DNA of 63,876 bases, filler included, from Octopus bimaculoides (taxonomy: Eukaryota), in NCBI RefSeq assembly GCF_001194135.2. It is 6 parts of 5 records of this genome, joined end to end, with 100 filler letters (N's around TTAATTAATTAA, not from the genome) between each part and the next. Parts side by side here need not be neighbours in the genome. Positions count along the whole stretch, not along the records: positions 47,953 to 54,519 come from NC_069005.1; positions 54,620 to 62,039 come from NC_068983.1; positions 62,140 to 63,876 come from NW_026304719.1; 3 more parts are not named here. One strand, 5' to 3'. A program made the position numbers and the translations under genes. Of this stretch, positions 53,075-63,876 are shown piece by piece; the stretch's first letter is position 1; each line of letters opens with the position of its first letter. The notes beneath the pieces are model-generated. The model was not told the origin of the DNA. It saw only the letters and a program-made list of their open reading frames with translations, and searched no databases.

Positions 53075-53900
53075 AGTATATATGTGTGTGTGTGTATGTC
53101 TTATTATCGCTGTCTCTATTTGCTTCTTTGTCGGCTTCTCTTTCTCTGTACTTCTCTCTATCTCCCTCTCTCCATCTCTCCGTCTGTCTGTCTGCCTGTC
53201 TGTCTGTCTGTCTCCTATTTCTTTATGGGACACCCCCCACCTTTCTCTCTATCTAGCTAACGAGATTCTATACAGTTTTCATCTATCTAATTCTACTCCC
53301 TCGGAAACTATAGTAAATGACAATTGTGCAACACGCAGCGGGCTTGAACCCGGCACTTCGTGGCTGGGAAGCGAATTTCTTAACCACACGTCCATCTTTT
53401 TTATATGCAACGACATGCAGACATATACACGACTTCACACACTCACACACACACGAGCGCGTGCACTCACACATACACACGCGCTCGTGCGCGTACGGCA
53501 CCTTGAGCAAGTGTCTTCTACTATAGCCTCGGGCCGACCAATGCCTTGTCAGTGGATTTGGTAGACGGAAATTGAAAGAAACAGGTAAAAGTTAAAAGAT
53601 ACAATGATTGATATTGTTAATTAAGATCACACCCAGATTAAAGGTAAAGGATTTGACAGAATTATTAAAGGCGCCGGCTGTGAGGCTCTGTGCATATGTT
53701 CTACCTCTCTCTAGTCTTAGTTCAAATTCGACCAAGGGTACCTTACTTTTAAGGGGCTGATAAATAATATACCAGTAAAATTCTGGTGAGGCAGGGGTCA
53801 ATCTTCTTTCGTTCTTCTTTCTCAGAATCCACGATAACTCGGGTGGGTGTGGGGATAATTTATTACGCTAAATTCGATACCCGGCTTTCCCAAGACATAC

Positions 53901-53966
53901 CAGTTATACAGTCGGGAATTGACTCAGCGTCGGCTATTCAAATTTTTGCAAATACTGGTCTGAAAT
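53901..53966 (-). other. Candidate non-coding minus-strand exon
   Basis: Strong acceptor ttttggttttgttttgttttgtgtttag| and donor CTG|GTATGT. All three frames are closed; the region is locally CpG-rich. Confidence 0.3.
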
Positions 53967-54165
53967 CTAAACACAAAACAAAACAAAACCAAAAAACCCA
54001 ATCAATATTTTTGGTGTTATCAATGGACAGATAAAGAGGAATTGAAAATATCAGGAATAGCGAAACGGAACCAAAACATCGTCAACAAACAGAATACGTT
54101 ATGTGTGTGTGTGTATATACATACATGTATGTACATATATATATATACACACACACACACACACC

Positions 54166-54213
<48 letters not shown>

Positions 54214-54286
54214 CATATATATATATATATATACATATATATATACACACACATAATTACATACATATATATACACACATATATAT

Positions 54287-54333
<47 letters not shown>

Positions 54334-54487
54334 CACGCACACATGCATACATGTATGTATATGTACATTATGTACAAACACACACGCGAAACGGCCATAT
54401 TTTTGTATTGTTGTGCTGGATGTCTAGACTGATATAAAAGTGAAGGCCATAAAGACTGTTACCACAGATGAGAGAGGGGGCAAGATG

Positions 54488-54519
<32 letters not shown>

Positions 54520-54643
54520 NNNNNNNNNNNNNNNNNNNNNNNNNNNNNNNNNNNNNNNNNNNNTTAATTAATTAANNNNNNNNNNNNNNNNNNNNNNNNN
54601 NNNNNNNNNNNNNNNNNNNTATATATATATATATATATATATA

Positions 54644-54690
<47 letters not shown>

Positions 54691-55229
54691 ATAAGGGTAG
54701 TACTAGCATAATTAGAAATGTAAGGTAAACAGAATGGTTAAACCAAAGATTTGTTCTGACTAATTTTAACATTCATAAATATCTCACCAGATATAAGTAA
54801 CACCTGCTAGCTATTTCTAACTGGTCAAGCAGCCATACTGAGACTCTCTTTGTTGTCTTAATAAAAACAGCTTTATGTTGATGTACTGTGAAAAGAAATA
54901 GAAACTTTTAATGTTTCAATCAATAACAACGATTTAGTTTTGTTTGATCAGAACTACTAACACGAACAGATGATTTATTACCATTGAGGGCCGAGTATCT
55001 TCGATAAGGATTTTAGGTGGAACTGCCAAATAAGCCTTGATGGGATTAAAACTCAGAATCTAGAAGGGGAAAGTCTAAATTTCAAAAAGTACAAAGATAT
55101 CCCATTTTGGGAATATTTGGGAATAAATGCTTTAATTTAGTTTTATTATATTTAATTATTTTCTTTTATGTTTATTTTTTTTTTTTTTGTAAGATGTTTA
55201 TTCAGGTGTTTAATTTCTTTCTTCTTCAG

Positions 55230-55353
55230 ATAACTGCAGAACTTTTCTCTGAACTGAAGAAAATACTGACCAATTTGAATTTTGTGCATTCTATGTGCAT
55301 GTTTGGCCTGGGTTCCATACTGCTAGAGTACTACTCACCATGTTTTATACAGT
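55230..55353 (+). CDS. Internal coding exon of an unidentified plus-strand gene
   Basis: Acceptor aatttctttcttcttcag| and donor CAGT|GTAAGT. The only open frame is ITAELFSELKKILTNLNFVHSMCMFGLGSILLEYYSPCFIQ, ending in phase 1. Confidence 0.55.
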
Positions 55354-55494
55354 GTAAGTCCCTTACCACCACCACCACCACCACCACCACCACCATCATC
55401 ATCATTGTTGTTGTTGTTGTTGTCGTCATCGTCATTATCATCATCGTTGTCATTGTCACCATCCACATCATCATCATCATCATCATCATTTAAC

Positions 55495-55730
55495 ATCTTA
55501 TTTCTTTATTGCCCACAAGGGGCTACACACAGTGGGGACAAACAAGGACAGACAAAGGGATTAAGTCGATTACATCGACCCCAGTGCGTAACTGGTACTT
55601 ATTTAATCGACCCTGAAAGGATGAAAGGCTAAGTCAACCTCGGCGGAATTTGAACTCAGAACGTAGCGGCAGACGAAATACCGCTAAGCATTTCGCCCGG
55701 CGTGCTAACGTTTCTGCCAGCTCACCGCCT
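55495..55730 (-). mobile_element. SINE family B, full length
   Basis: Near-identical to 11450-11683. Confidence 0.9.
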
Positions 55731-56041
55731 TATCATTTAACATCTATTTTCCATGCTAACATGGGTTGGATGGTTTGATAGGATCCAATGAGTGCACTGG
55801 GTGCCTTTTATTTGTCACTGGCATAGGTGCCATAGATAATAATAATGATTTCACATTTTGGCACAATGCCAGCAATTTTTGGGGGGAGGTAGTGGTAGTT
55901 AGTTGATTACATTGACCCTAAGCTCAACTGGTGCTAATTCTATTGTGACTGGATTAGAACTAAGCGTTTTGCCTGATGTGCAAATGATTCTGCAAGCTTA
56001 CTGCTTTCAGTAACAACATTAACAACAACAACAACAATAGC

Positions 56042-56080
<39 letters not shown>

Positions 56081-56084
56081 CATC

Positions 56085-56298
56085 CTTTCTACTAAAAAGC
56101 ACAAGGCCTGAAATCTGGTGGCAGGGGACTAGTCGATGACTTCGGCCCCAGTGTTTCACTGATACTTAATTTATTGACCCCAAAAGGATGAAAGGCAAAG
56201 TTGACCTTGGTAGAATTTGAACTCAGAATGTAGCAACGGGCGAAATACCACTGAATATTTCGTCCAGCATGCTAACAACTTTGCCAGCTCGCCACCTT
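56085..56298 (-). mobile_element. SINE family B, diverged
   Basis: Same core (aaaggatgaaaggcaaagttgacc) and head. Confidence 0.8.
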
Positions 56299-56448
56299 GT
56301 ATAATAATAATAACAACAACAACAACAACAACAACAACAATTCTGCCAGCTCCCTGCCTTAAATAAGCAATAATGATAATAATGATAATGATGTCGATAG
56401 TGGTCATATTAACTATAATTAAGTAACTACTCTATTTAATTTTTACAG

Positions 56449-56545
56449 CTAAAAATATGGAGAAACTCTACAATGCAGTTTTAGCTGATCCTGAGGTAGT
56501 AGACTTCAAGGATTTCCTCAAAACCAATTTACATATCTTAAACAA
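56449..56545 (+). CDS. Next coding exon of the same plus-strand gene
   Basis: Acceptor tctatttaatttttacag| and donor CAA|GTGAGT. The only open frame starts in phase 1, matching the previous exon: (S)KNMEKLYNAVLADPEVVDFKDFLKTNLHILN. Confidence 0.6.
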
Positions 56546-57064
56546 GTGAGTCACTTTTGTTCTTTTATCATTTTTTCCTTCTAACCTGCATTTCTCTTAT
56601 TTAACACTTTGTTGACCATGGGAGTTACCATTGACTCCCATGCTATATTTTTAATATACCGCAGGAGTCAACAGTGATTGCTAATATATTTTTCTATGGA
56701 GTCTTACATTACTGTGGTTTAAACTAAGTCAGTCAAAGTTTAGAATGTAAAAGCATCCATTACACTCAAGGAGTGGTTGGCATTAAGAAGGGCATCCAGC
56801 CATAGAAAACCATGCCAAATTAGACTTGAGTCTGGTACAGCCTTCCACCTTACCAGCCCTGGTCAAACCATCCAACCGATGCCAACATGGACAACTGATG
56901 TTAAAGGATGATGATGATGATCTCACTGTTTGTTTACATCTGATGTCTCGTATATGAAATGTTGTAACAAAGATCAGTGCTGGCTATAATTTCTATAGAA
57001 TATTTGTAAAGATAACCTTAACAAGTGATGTAAAGCACACTGCTAACACAGTAGAACACAGTAT

Positions 57065-57445
57065 TGATGGCTGTGTGGTAAGTAGCTTGCTTACCAACCA
57101 CATAGTTCCGGGTTCAGTCCCACTGCATAGCACCTTGGTCTAGTGTCTTCTACTATAGCCTCGGGCCAACCAAAGCTTTGTGAGTGGATTTGGTAGACGG
57201 AAACAGAAAGAAGCACATCGTATGTGTGTGTGTGTGTGTGTCCATGTTTGTCCCCCCCACCATCGCTTGACAACCAATGATGGTGTGTTTATGTCCCCAT
57301 AACTTAGCGGTTCGGTAAAAGAGACCGATAGAATAAGTACTAGGCTTCCAAAGAATAAGTCCTGGGGTCGATTTCCTCGACTTAAGGCGGTGCTTCTGCA
57401 TGGCCACAGTCAAATGACTGAAACAAGTAAAAGAGAGTAAAAGAG
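57065..57445 (+). mobile_element. Full-length SINE family A
   Basis: tggctgtgtggtaagtagcttgcttaccaaccac...ccgggttcagtccc...gactgaaacaagtaaaagagag. Confidence 0.9.
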
Positions 57446-58424
57446 ATACCTTATAGTATATCATGGCTACATAACAAAATACCACATGTCTACAAGTCAT
57501 TAGCATTTACATATCAGCTTCCAGGAATGCATTTAATATGTAAATTGATGTATCCAGTAACTATACACCGCTATATGTAGTTGCTATCTTAGGAATGCAT
57601 TTGAGTATGATTAATGGGTTAGATGAGAGCTGATGAGGGAGCATCAATATTTAATAAGATACAACAAAATCTGCTTCAACACGCAAATTCACATCAAGAA
57701 TTTCTCAAACCAAATACAGAAGCAAAACATTGCTTCTTAAGCATTTTTATTGCAAAAATGCCATAATATGGCAACCCCCACCGAAAATATGGCATATACG
57801 TCCAGCTGATGTCTCATATACATTATAAAATATTAGAGCTAGCTATAATTTTTACAGAATATCTGTAGAGAGAAACTTAACAAGTATAGTATAAAAAGAA
57901 GTTTTTCTATTTTATTACAACAACAAAAAAAAAGTGAAAATTCTGAATTGACATTACTATCCAACCCTGTGCTAAAAGGGAAGAATTGTAAATAGAAACA
58001 TGAAAATGGAATAGAAAGAAAAACTGTTTTGACCTTACTCTTCGAAAAGTGTTATATTAGTTTAGCTAATGCATTAACATCTAACATTATTATTCTTTTT
58101 GTTGCTGTAAAATTCACAAATGGAAGATAAACTATTTCCATCTCACTAATATTGAAATTCCATGAACAACCAACAGAAAATATCACTTGCTGATAATGTA
58201 AATGAAAGTTGGAAGTGATAGATTGGGCATACACTGAGTTTGAAATCAAAATTGCCAAACAGGCATTATATTGGAAGCAACACTATGACAAACAAAAATG
58301 TGATTGACTTTAAATTAGCTGAAGGCAAATGGGGATGGTGGTGGGCGATCTGAAGAAGTTGGGGTTTACTGCAGAAACTGGTCAGCGGTTTTAGTATTGA
58401 ACTTTGTAGCATGATAGATTGTCG

Positions 58425-59330
58425 TCGTCGTCGTCGTTTAACGCTTTCCATGCTAACATGGGTTGGACGATTTGACTGAGGACTGGTGAAACCAGATGGC
58501 TACACCAGGCTCCAATCTGATTTGGCAGTGTTTCTACAGCTGGATGCCCTTCCTAACGCCAACCACTCAGAGAGTGTAGTGGGTGCTTTTACGTGTCACC
58601 CGCACGAAGGCCAGTCAGGCGGTACTGGCAACGGCCACACTCATCTCGCTCGAGAAACCTCATGTGTCACCCGCACAAAAGCCAGTCCAGGAGCACCAGC
58701 AACGATCCCGCTCGAAAATCCCACAACAACCCCACACAAGAGCCAGTTCAGGGGCACTNNNNNNNNNNNNNNNNNNNNNNNNNNNNNNNNNNNNNNNNNN
58801 NNNNNNNNNNNNNNNNNNNNNNNNNNNNNNNNNNNNNNNNNNNNNNNNNNNNNNNNNNNNNNNNNNNNNNNNNNNNNNNNNNNNNNNNNNNNNNNNNNNN
58901 NNNNNNNNNNNNNNNNNNNNNNNNNNNNNNNNNNNNNNNNNNNNNNNNNNNNNNNNNNNNNNNNNNNNNNNNNNNNNNNNNNNNNNNNNNNNNNNNNNNN
59001 NNNNNNNNNNNNNNNNNNNNGAAAGACTTCATGTATCGCTTGCACATGAGCCAGTCCAGGGTCACTGGCAACGATCCCGTCCCGCTCAAAACATTTCATG
59101 TGTCACCCGCACAAGAGCCAGTCCAGGGGCACTGGCAACAATCTCGCTCGAAAGATTTCATGTGTTGCCCGCTCATGAGCCAGTCCAGGGGCACCAGCAA
59201 CGATGTCGCTCGAAAAACCTCATGTGTCACCCGCACAAGAGCCGGCCCAGGGGCACCGGCAACGATCTCGCTCGAAAGATTTCATGTGTCGCCCGCGCAT
59301 GAGCCAGTCCAGGGGCACTGGCAACGACCC
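58425..59330 (-). mobile_element. RTE-type 3' end carrying a 62-bp minisatellite array (gap inside)
   Basis: The terminus is as at 41160. The motif tcatg recurs at 59096, 59158, 59220 and 59282 (period 62), and further units precede the gap. Confidence 0.85.
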
Positions 59331-59856
59331 TGCAGGAATTATTTTGTAAGGTTGGTGGTGGTGGTGGTGTAAAGTTTGCAAATAATATTGATTAACGACA
59401 AGTTACCTGGAGGAAATATGGCGCTTACTGTAAAAATAGCTTGCATGGTAAATGATAATAAAGGGGAAATAAGATGGAGCTGTCTTCTTTGCCTGACATT
59501 AATCTCTACAAATGTGAAGAAACCAAGTAGAAGAACCAGAAACTACTTCAGCACCAAAGAGCTACTGATCCTCAATAAGATTTCATTATTGCTCCATGTT
59601 AAAGTGCAGTTTACACAATTTGGAAGGGGCAGTTGCTACACATGCTGGCAACCCAAACATTTTAGACCACATCTAGGTGTGGCTGTGTGGTTAAGAAGCT
59701 TGCTTTCCAAGCACGTGGTTTTGGGTTCAGTCCTACTGCATGGTACTTTGGATAACTGTCATCTACTGTAGCTCCCAAGTTGACCAAAACCTTGTAAGTG
59801 GATTTGTTAGATGGAAACTGGAAGAAGCTTGTTGTATATATACATACATACATACA

Positions 59857-59910
<54 letters not shown>

Positions 59911-60505
59911 GATATATATATGCCTTGTTATGGGAATGTTCCTTGTAGTGTGCCTACTGAGCATGTTCACCGCTTGCAGCTCCTTGGTGCATGTTGAGAG
60001 TACCGTAAATGATTAATATGGAAGACAGAGAGTGTAATCTTTTCCATCCTCCTGGTACACTTCGTAGAAGCACCTAATATATATATATATATATATATAT
60101 AGTACACACACACACATATATATATATATAGTACACACATATCTANNNNNNNNNNGCCAACATGGCAGTCCCAAAATTAGGACGAAAGCTGCCGTGAATT
60201 AGCTCCAAGAAGCCATCGCCTCTAGCTAGCTATGTGACACACGAACCTGTGTCCTTTATAACCTTCGAACAGGGGAGGTCAGCAGTGTCCCCCTGCTGGT
60301 TTGGCATCTGCAGACTAGACTAGTTTCAGGGTGTTGCCCCTTGTCAATGCAGAGTAGCCAAGCCTTAGCCATATATATATTACATCCTATGTAAACAAAC
60401 AAGTTTGTTTTCAAAGCATTGAAATGTATGGCAAATGGCAAATGACTTTTCACTTTGAAGTGAAAGATAAAAAAAGAAGAAAAAGATTACTGCATAATTT
60501 TTTTT

Positions 60506-60564
60506 GTAACTTGGGAGGGTCATTATACCAATAATAAACACAAACACTGGTTTTATTTCACTTC

Positions 60565-60653
<89 letters not shown>

Positions 60654-60880
60654 GTCATTTAGTTAGTCAGTTAACTTATTGGGTGTTTGATTAAGTTTTG
60701 CTTAATTTTATGGTCAACAAAAGTTAGGTTTGTCAACATCCTCTCGTTGTTATTCATGATTTCATCAATAACTGATTAGTTAATTGTTAAATGTTAACTG
60801 ATTGACTAGTAATAATAAAAGAAGTGAGATAAAATCAGTGTGTGTGTTTATCATTGGCATAATGACCCTCCCAAGATACA
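60506..60880. repeat. Inverted repeat (arms about 70 bp) enclosing (TTA)n
   Basis: tgtaacttgggagggtcattataccaataataaacac...ttcacttcttttattatt is the reverse complement of aataataaaagaagtgag...cattggcataatgaccctcccaagataca. Confidence 0.88.
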
Positions 60881-61604
60881 ACAAAATCTGCTTCAACACA
60901 CAAATTCACATCAAGAATCTCTCAAAGCAAACACAAAAGCAAAACATTGCTTCTTAAGCATTTTTATTGCAAAAATTTATTAGACTATGGGCCTAACCCT
61001 AACCAAAACATTAAGACATTAAAATTCAACTGTAATTGTGGAATAAAAACTTATCTTATTTTAAGAATGATATTAACTGCTTTTTGGCAATGCATTCTAT
61101 TACTTGTTTCATTTTGTAATGTTGCTGGGTTTCCTGCTATCAAATCTACGATAGACTTTCATTGTGTTCTGTTTATGTGGCAAATATGGGCATTTGATGC
61201 AGCTATTCTCTGATATAACTCTTACCGTGGTGTAGATTAATGCAGAATATTAAAACAATACATTACACTAGTGTTGATTTAATATGGTGACATGTACTTC
61301 ACAGAGATCGTTTCTGTTTTAGCAGAAATTCAATATTTATGGTTCTTTGAAACCTAACCTATTGCAGTTGCTAGTTCTTACTCAGAATGGATTTTATATT
61401 ATCTTTAGCGTGTTACAGTGGTGCCTTTGCGGATTTATATAGCTTTCGATGCCAACGCTTTATGCCAGTGCTTTCCAGATCTTTCAGATATAAATTAAGT
61501 GTGTATTTTTCCCTTCTCAGCAGCCAAGAGAGGAGAGTAATAATAAATCTTTATATTTCTCTCAGGCACGAGCTGCAGGAGCAGGTGTGCTTGAAGGTAC
61601 AGGC

Positions 61605-61975
61605 ATGGCTGCTTGGTTAAGAAGCTTGCATCCCAAGCATGTAGTCTCAGGTTCAGTCCCGCTGCATGGTACCTTGGACAAGTGTCTTCTACTATAGCCT
61701 CAGGTTCACCAAAGCCTTGTGAGTGGATTTGGTAGACTGAAACTGAAAGAAATCCATCGTATATATATATATATACTCTCTTTTACTCTTTTACTTGTTT
61801 CAGTCATTTGACTGCGGCCATGCTGGAGGACTGCCTTTAGTCAAGCAAATCGACCCCAGGACTTATTCTTTGTAAGCCTAGTACTTATTCTATTGGTCTC
61901 TTTTGCTGAACCGCTAAGTTACGGGGACGTAAACACACCAACATCGGTTGTCAAGCGACGTTGGGGGGACAAACA
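61605..61975. mobile_element. SINE family A 5' half (+) with an opposite-orientation copy inserted at its internal (TA)n
   Basis: A plus-strand head runs to tatatata at about 61775, followed by a minus-strand tail-to-(CA)n segment. Confidence 0.75.
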
Positions 61976-62002
61976 CACACACACAAATACATACACACAC
62001 AT

Positions 62003-62039
<37 letters not shown>

Positions 62040-62139
62040 NNNNNNNNNNNNNNNNNNNNNNNNNNNNNNNNNNNNNNNNNNNNTTAATTAATTAANNNNN
62101 NNNNNNNNNNNNNNNNNNNNNNNNNNNNNNNNNNNNNNN

Positions 62140-63320
62140 TCCAATAACTTATATGATAGGTATTATAACCAATCTCAGGCTTTCGATAGGGTCAGCCATC
62201 GGTACCTGATGAGTGTTCGTGTGAGGTTTTCTTTCTAAGCCGTTCTGCATCAAGCGTTCGGTTCGTGAGGGGTGTCCACTCTCTCCCCTTTTGTACGTGG
62301 TGGCTCTTGAGCCGCTGCTGAGAAAGCTGAGGGAGATCCCGAGAGCGCCGGGCTTGGAGGAGTTTGTTACAGCAAATGCGGACATCACCATCAGCGTGAC
62401 CACAACGACACGCCTGCGTAAAGTAGGCCAAGTTATTGAGGAGTACGAGACGGTGGCAGGAGCAAAGATTAATCGGCACCTGGAGGGGCAAATCGATGCC
62501 GTCGGATAGCGTCGTAGGACGCTGGACGGAGGGACCGGTTAAGTTGCTGGGAGTTTGGTTTGGTCCAGACCTCCAGGTGGAGAAGAACTGGGCAGAGGTT
62601 TCGAGCAATATGACCGGTATAGCCAAGAGTTAGTCTTGGCGAAGGCTGTCCTTGATAGGGAGGGCGGAGGTAGCCAATGTGTTCATCGCATCGGTTATTA
62701 CCTTCCGCCTGACCGTCGTTCCTTGCCCTGATTCGTGATTGACCAAGTTGGAAAGACAGCTCTTTCACTTTTTGTAGAGGGGCTCCAAGCCACTTGTGAG
62801 ACGCTCTATCTGTTGCCAGAAACTGTTAAAGGGAGGTTTAGGGATGCCTTGGTTGATGATGCGCAGGCACGCGTTGAGGTTGAGGCATCTTTAGATACTC
62901 CTGGATGGTGACCAGGTGTGGTCTCCGTTGGCAAGACAAATGTTCCCCAAGTTCGCCAGTATGAGTGCAAAGGAAGCTTGGTGCTTTCGCAGTCCGAGGT
63001 TGAGTTTATGGTACATGGAGTGTCGTAAGGCCCTCCTGTTATTCCGACGCTCGGACAATGCCAGGAGCGGGGGTTCTGCAGCATTCTTCTATAGAGGATT
63101 AGTAGAGGCAGAATATGACGATGGCCTGGGGACGACTCTGGGTCTCGGATTTATTGAACTCGACAGCCTGTTCTTTCGTACATTCGGGTTGAAGTCGTTG
63201 GATAATTTCCAAATGTCTTTGACCTGGCAATGTTACAGAGGAGCCTTACCCGTTCGCGATAAACTTGCAAGACATGGAATGCAGACATCACCGACCTGTC
63301 CAAGATGCGGGCGGGACATC
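62140..63320 (+). mobile_element. Tx1/L1-clade LINE ORF2 (RT domain to zf-RVT), decayed
   Basis: QSQAFDRVSHRYL, SVREGCPLSP.LYVVALEPLL, ANADITI (decayed YADD), GAKIN, KLLGVWFG, KGGLGMP and WQCYRGALPVRDKL...PTCPRCG. Related to, but distinct from, the copy at 4090. Confidence 0.92.
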
Positions 63321-63876
63321 ACCTACCTGTCACCAGCACCCAATATAGTTTAAGTGTTATATATTGAGGTACGGAACAGATGTGTAGATGTAAGTAGATG
63401 TGGTTTTGAACATTGTGATCTTCCGAAGTTAGTTTCATAATGAAGTTGATTGTCATAGTGCTTATAGTATATTGGGGGCTTATCGTAGTAGACCGTATGT
63501 AAATTGTTGGCAACGGCATGGAGGAGTGGTCATATCAGGACCGAAAGGCAGAGAGAAACAGATCAAGGAGACGTAAGTTATGGGTTTGAAAAACTATGAA
63601 GAACGATTATATTTGCGATTCACAATGAAGAGAGAAAAGGAAACAACGGAGATGAAAAATCAATTATAAAAAAGTTGAACATCTTTTCTGGCTTAATTCT
63701 CTGCCCACAGGGAAGCAACATGTGATATGAGAGAGAGAGAGAGAAGTATGGACTGGTGTGGAAAGTGTATGGGAGAGGCAAAGTGATAAGAGAGGGGGAG
63801 AGAGAGAGAAGTAGCAACAGTGACAGAGAGTGAGTGAAGAAGAAATGCTATGGAGACAGAATTGTTTTCTTCATTG

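Noticed and set aside
55230-55353. Alternative frame NCRTFL-UGA-TEENTDQFEF... as possible selenocysteine readthrough
   Set aside because: A stop-free frame exists that is phase-compatible with the next exon. No SECIS element or selenoprotein motif was recognised.
58600-59330. CRISPR-like appearance of regularly spaced palindromic repeats
   Set aside because: The inter-hairpin sequence is repeated rather than unique spacers, there are no cas genes, and the context is a eukaryotic LINE.
59376-59771. 131-aa plus-strand ORF
   Set aside because: It has a non-ATG start, runs into a SINE and shows no recognisable domain or splice structure.
60156-60215. Hammerhead-like GTCC...GGAC-GAAA-GCT...AGC-TC
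   Set aside because: The essential CUGAnGA box is absent (CATGGCA in its place) and there is no stem I.
1-63876. Dozens of ORF-track entries made of [16 protein letters not shown], poly-X, poly-K, poly-I or poly-N
   Set aside because: They are translations of microsatellites or N gaps. Many also begin at TTG or CTG rather than ATG.

Overview
Eukaryotic animal genomic DNA: AT-rich, saturated with microsatellites, and broken by many N gaps. The SINE families and repeat landscape suggest an octopus (coleoid cephalopod); this is an inference, not a database match. One gene is clear: an intronless minus-strand CDS for a DUF229-family, alkaline-phosphatase/sulfatase-fold type II membrane protein (true ATG at 31604, stop ending at 29679, 641 aa) with a probable 5'UTR intron. 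Two phase-compatible plus-strand coding exons of an unidentified gene lie at 55230-55353 and 56449-56545, and several weaker minus-strand exon candidates lie upstream of DUF229. The rest is mobile DNA: at least three tRNA-derived SINE families, Tx1/L1-clade, RTE-clade and R4/Dong-like LINE fragments, Penelope-like fragments, a Helitron carrying TTAGGG repeats, and Tc1/mariner, pogo and hAT MITEs. The most interesting signals are: tandem Tx1 insertions each embedded in (TATC)n, suggesting microsatellite targeting; a LINE-borne 62-bp minisatellite with a covarying hairpin; a dense TAATTA cluster inside a diverged duplication; and many long fold-back repeats. Most ORF-track entries are microsatellite or N-gap artefacts. 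No prokaryotic features or CRISPR arrays were seen.
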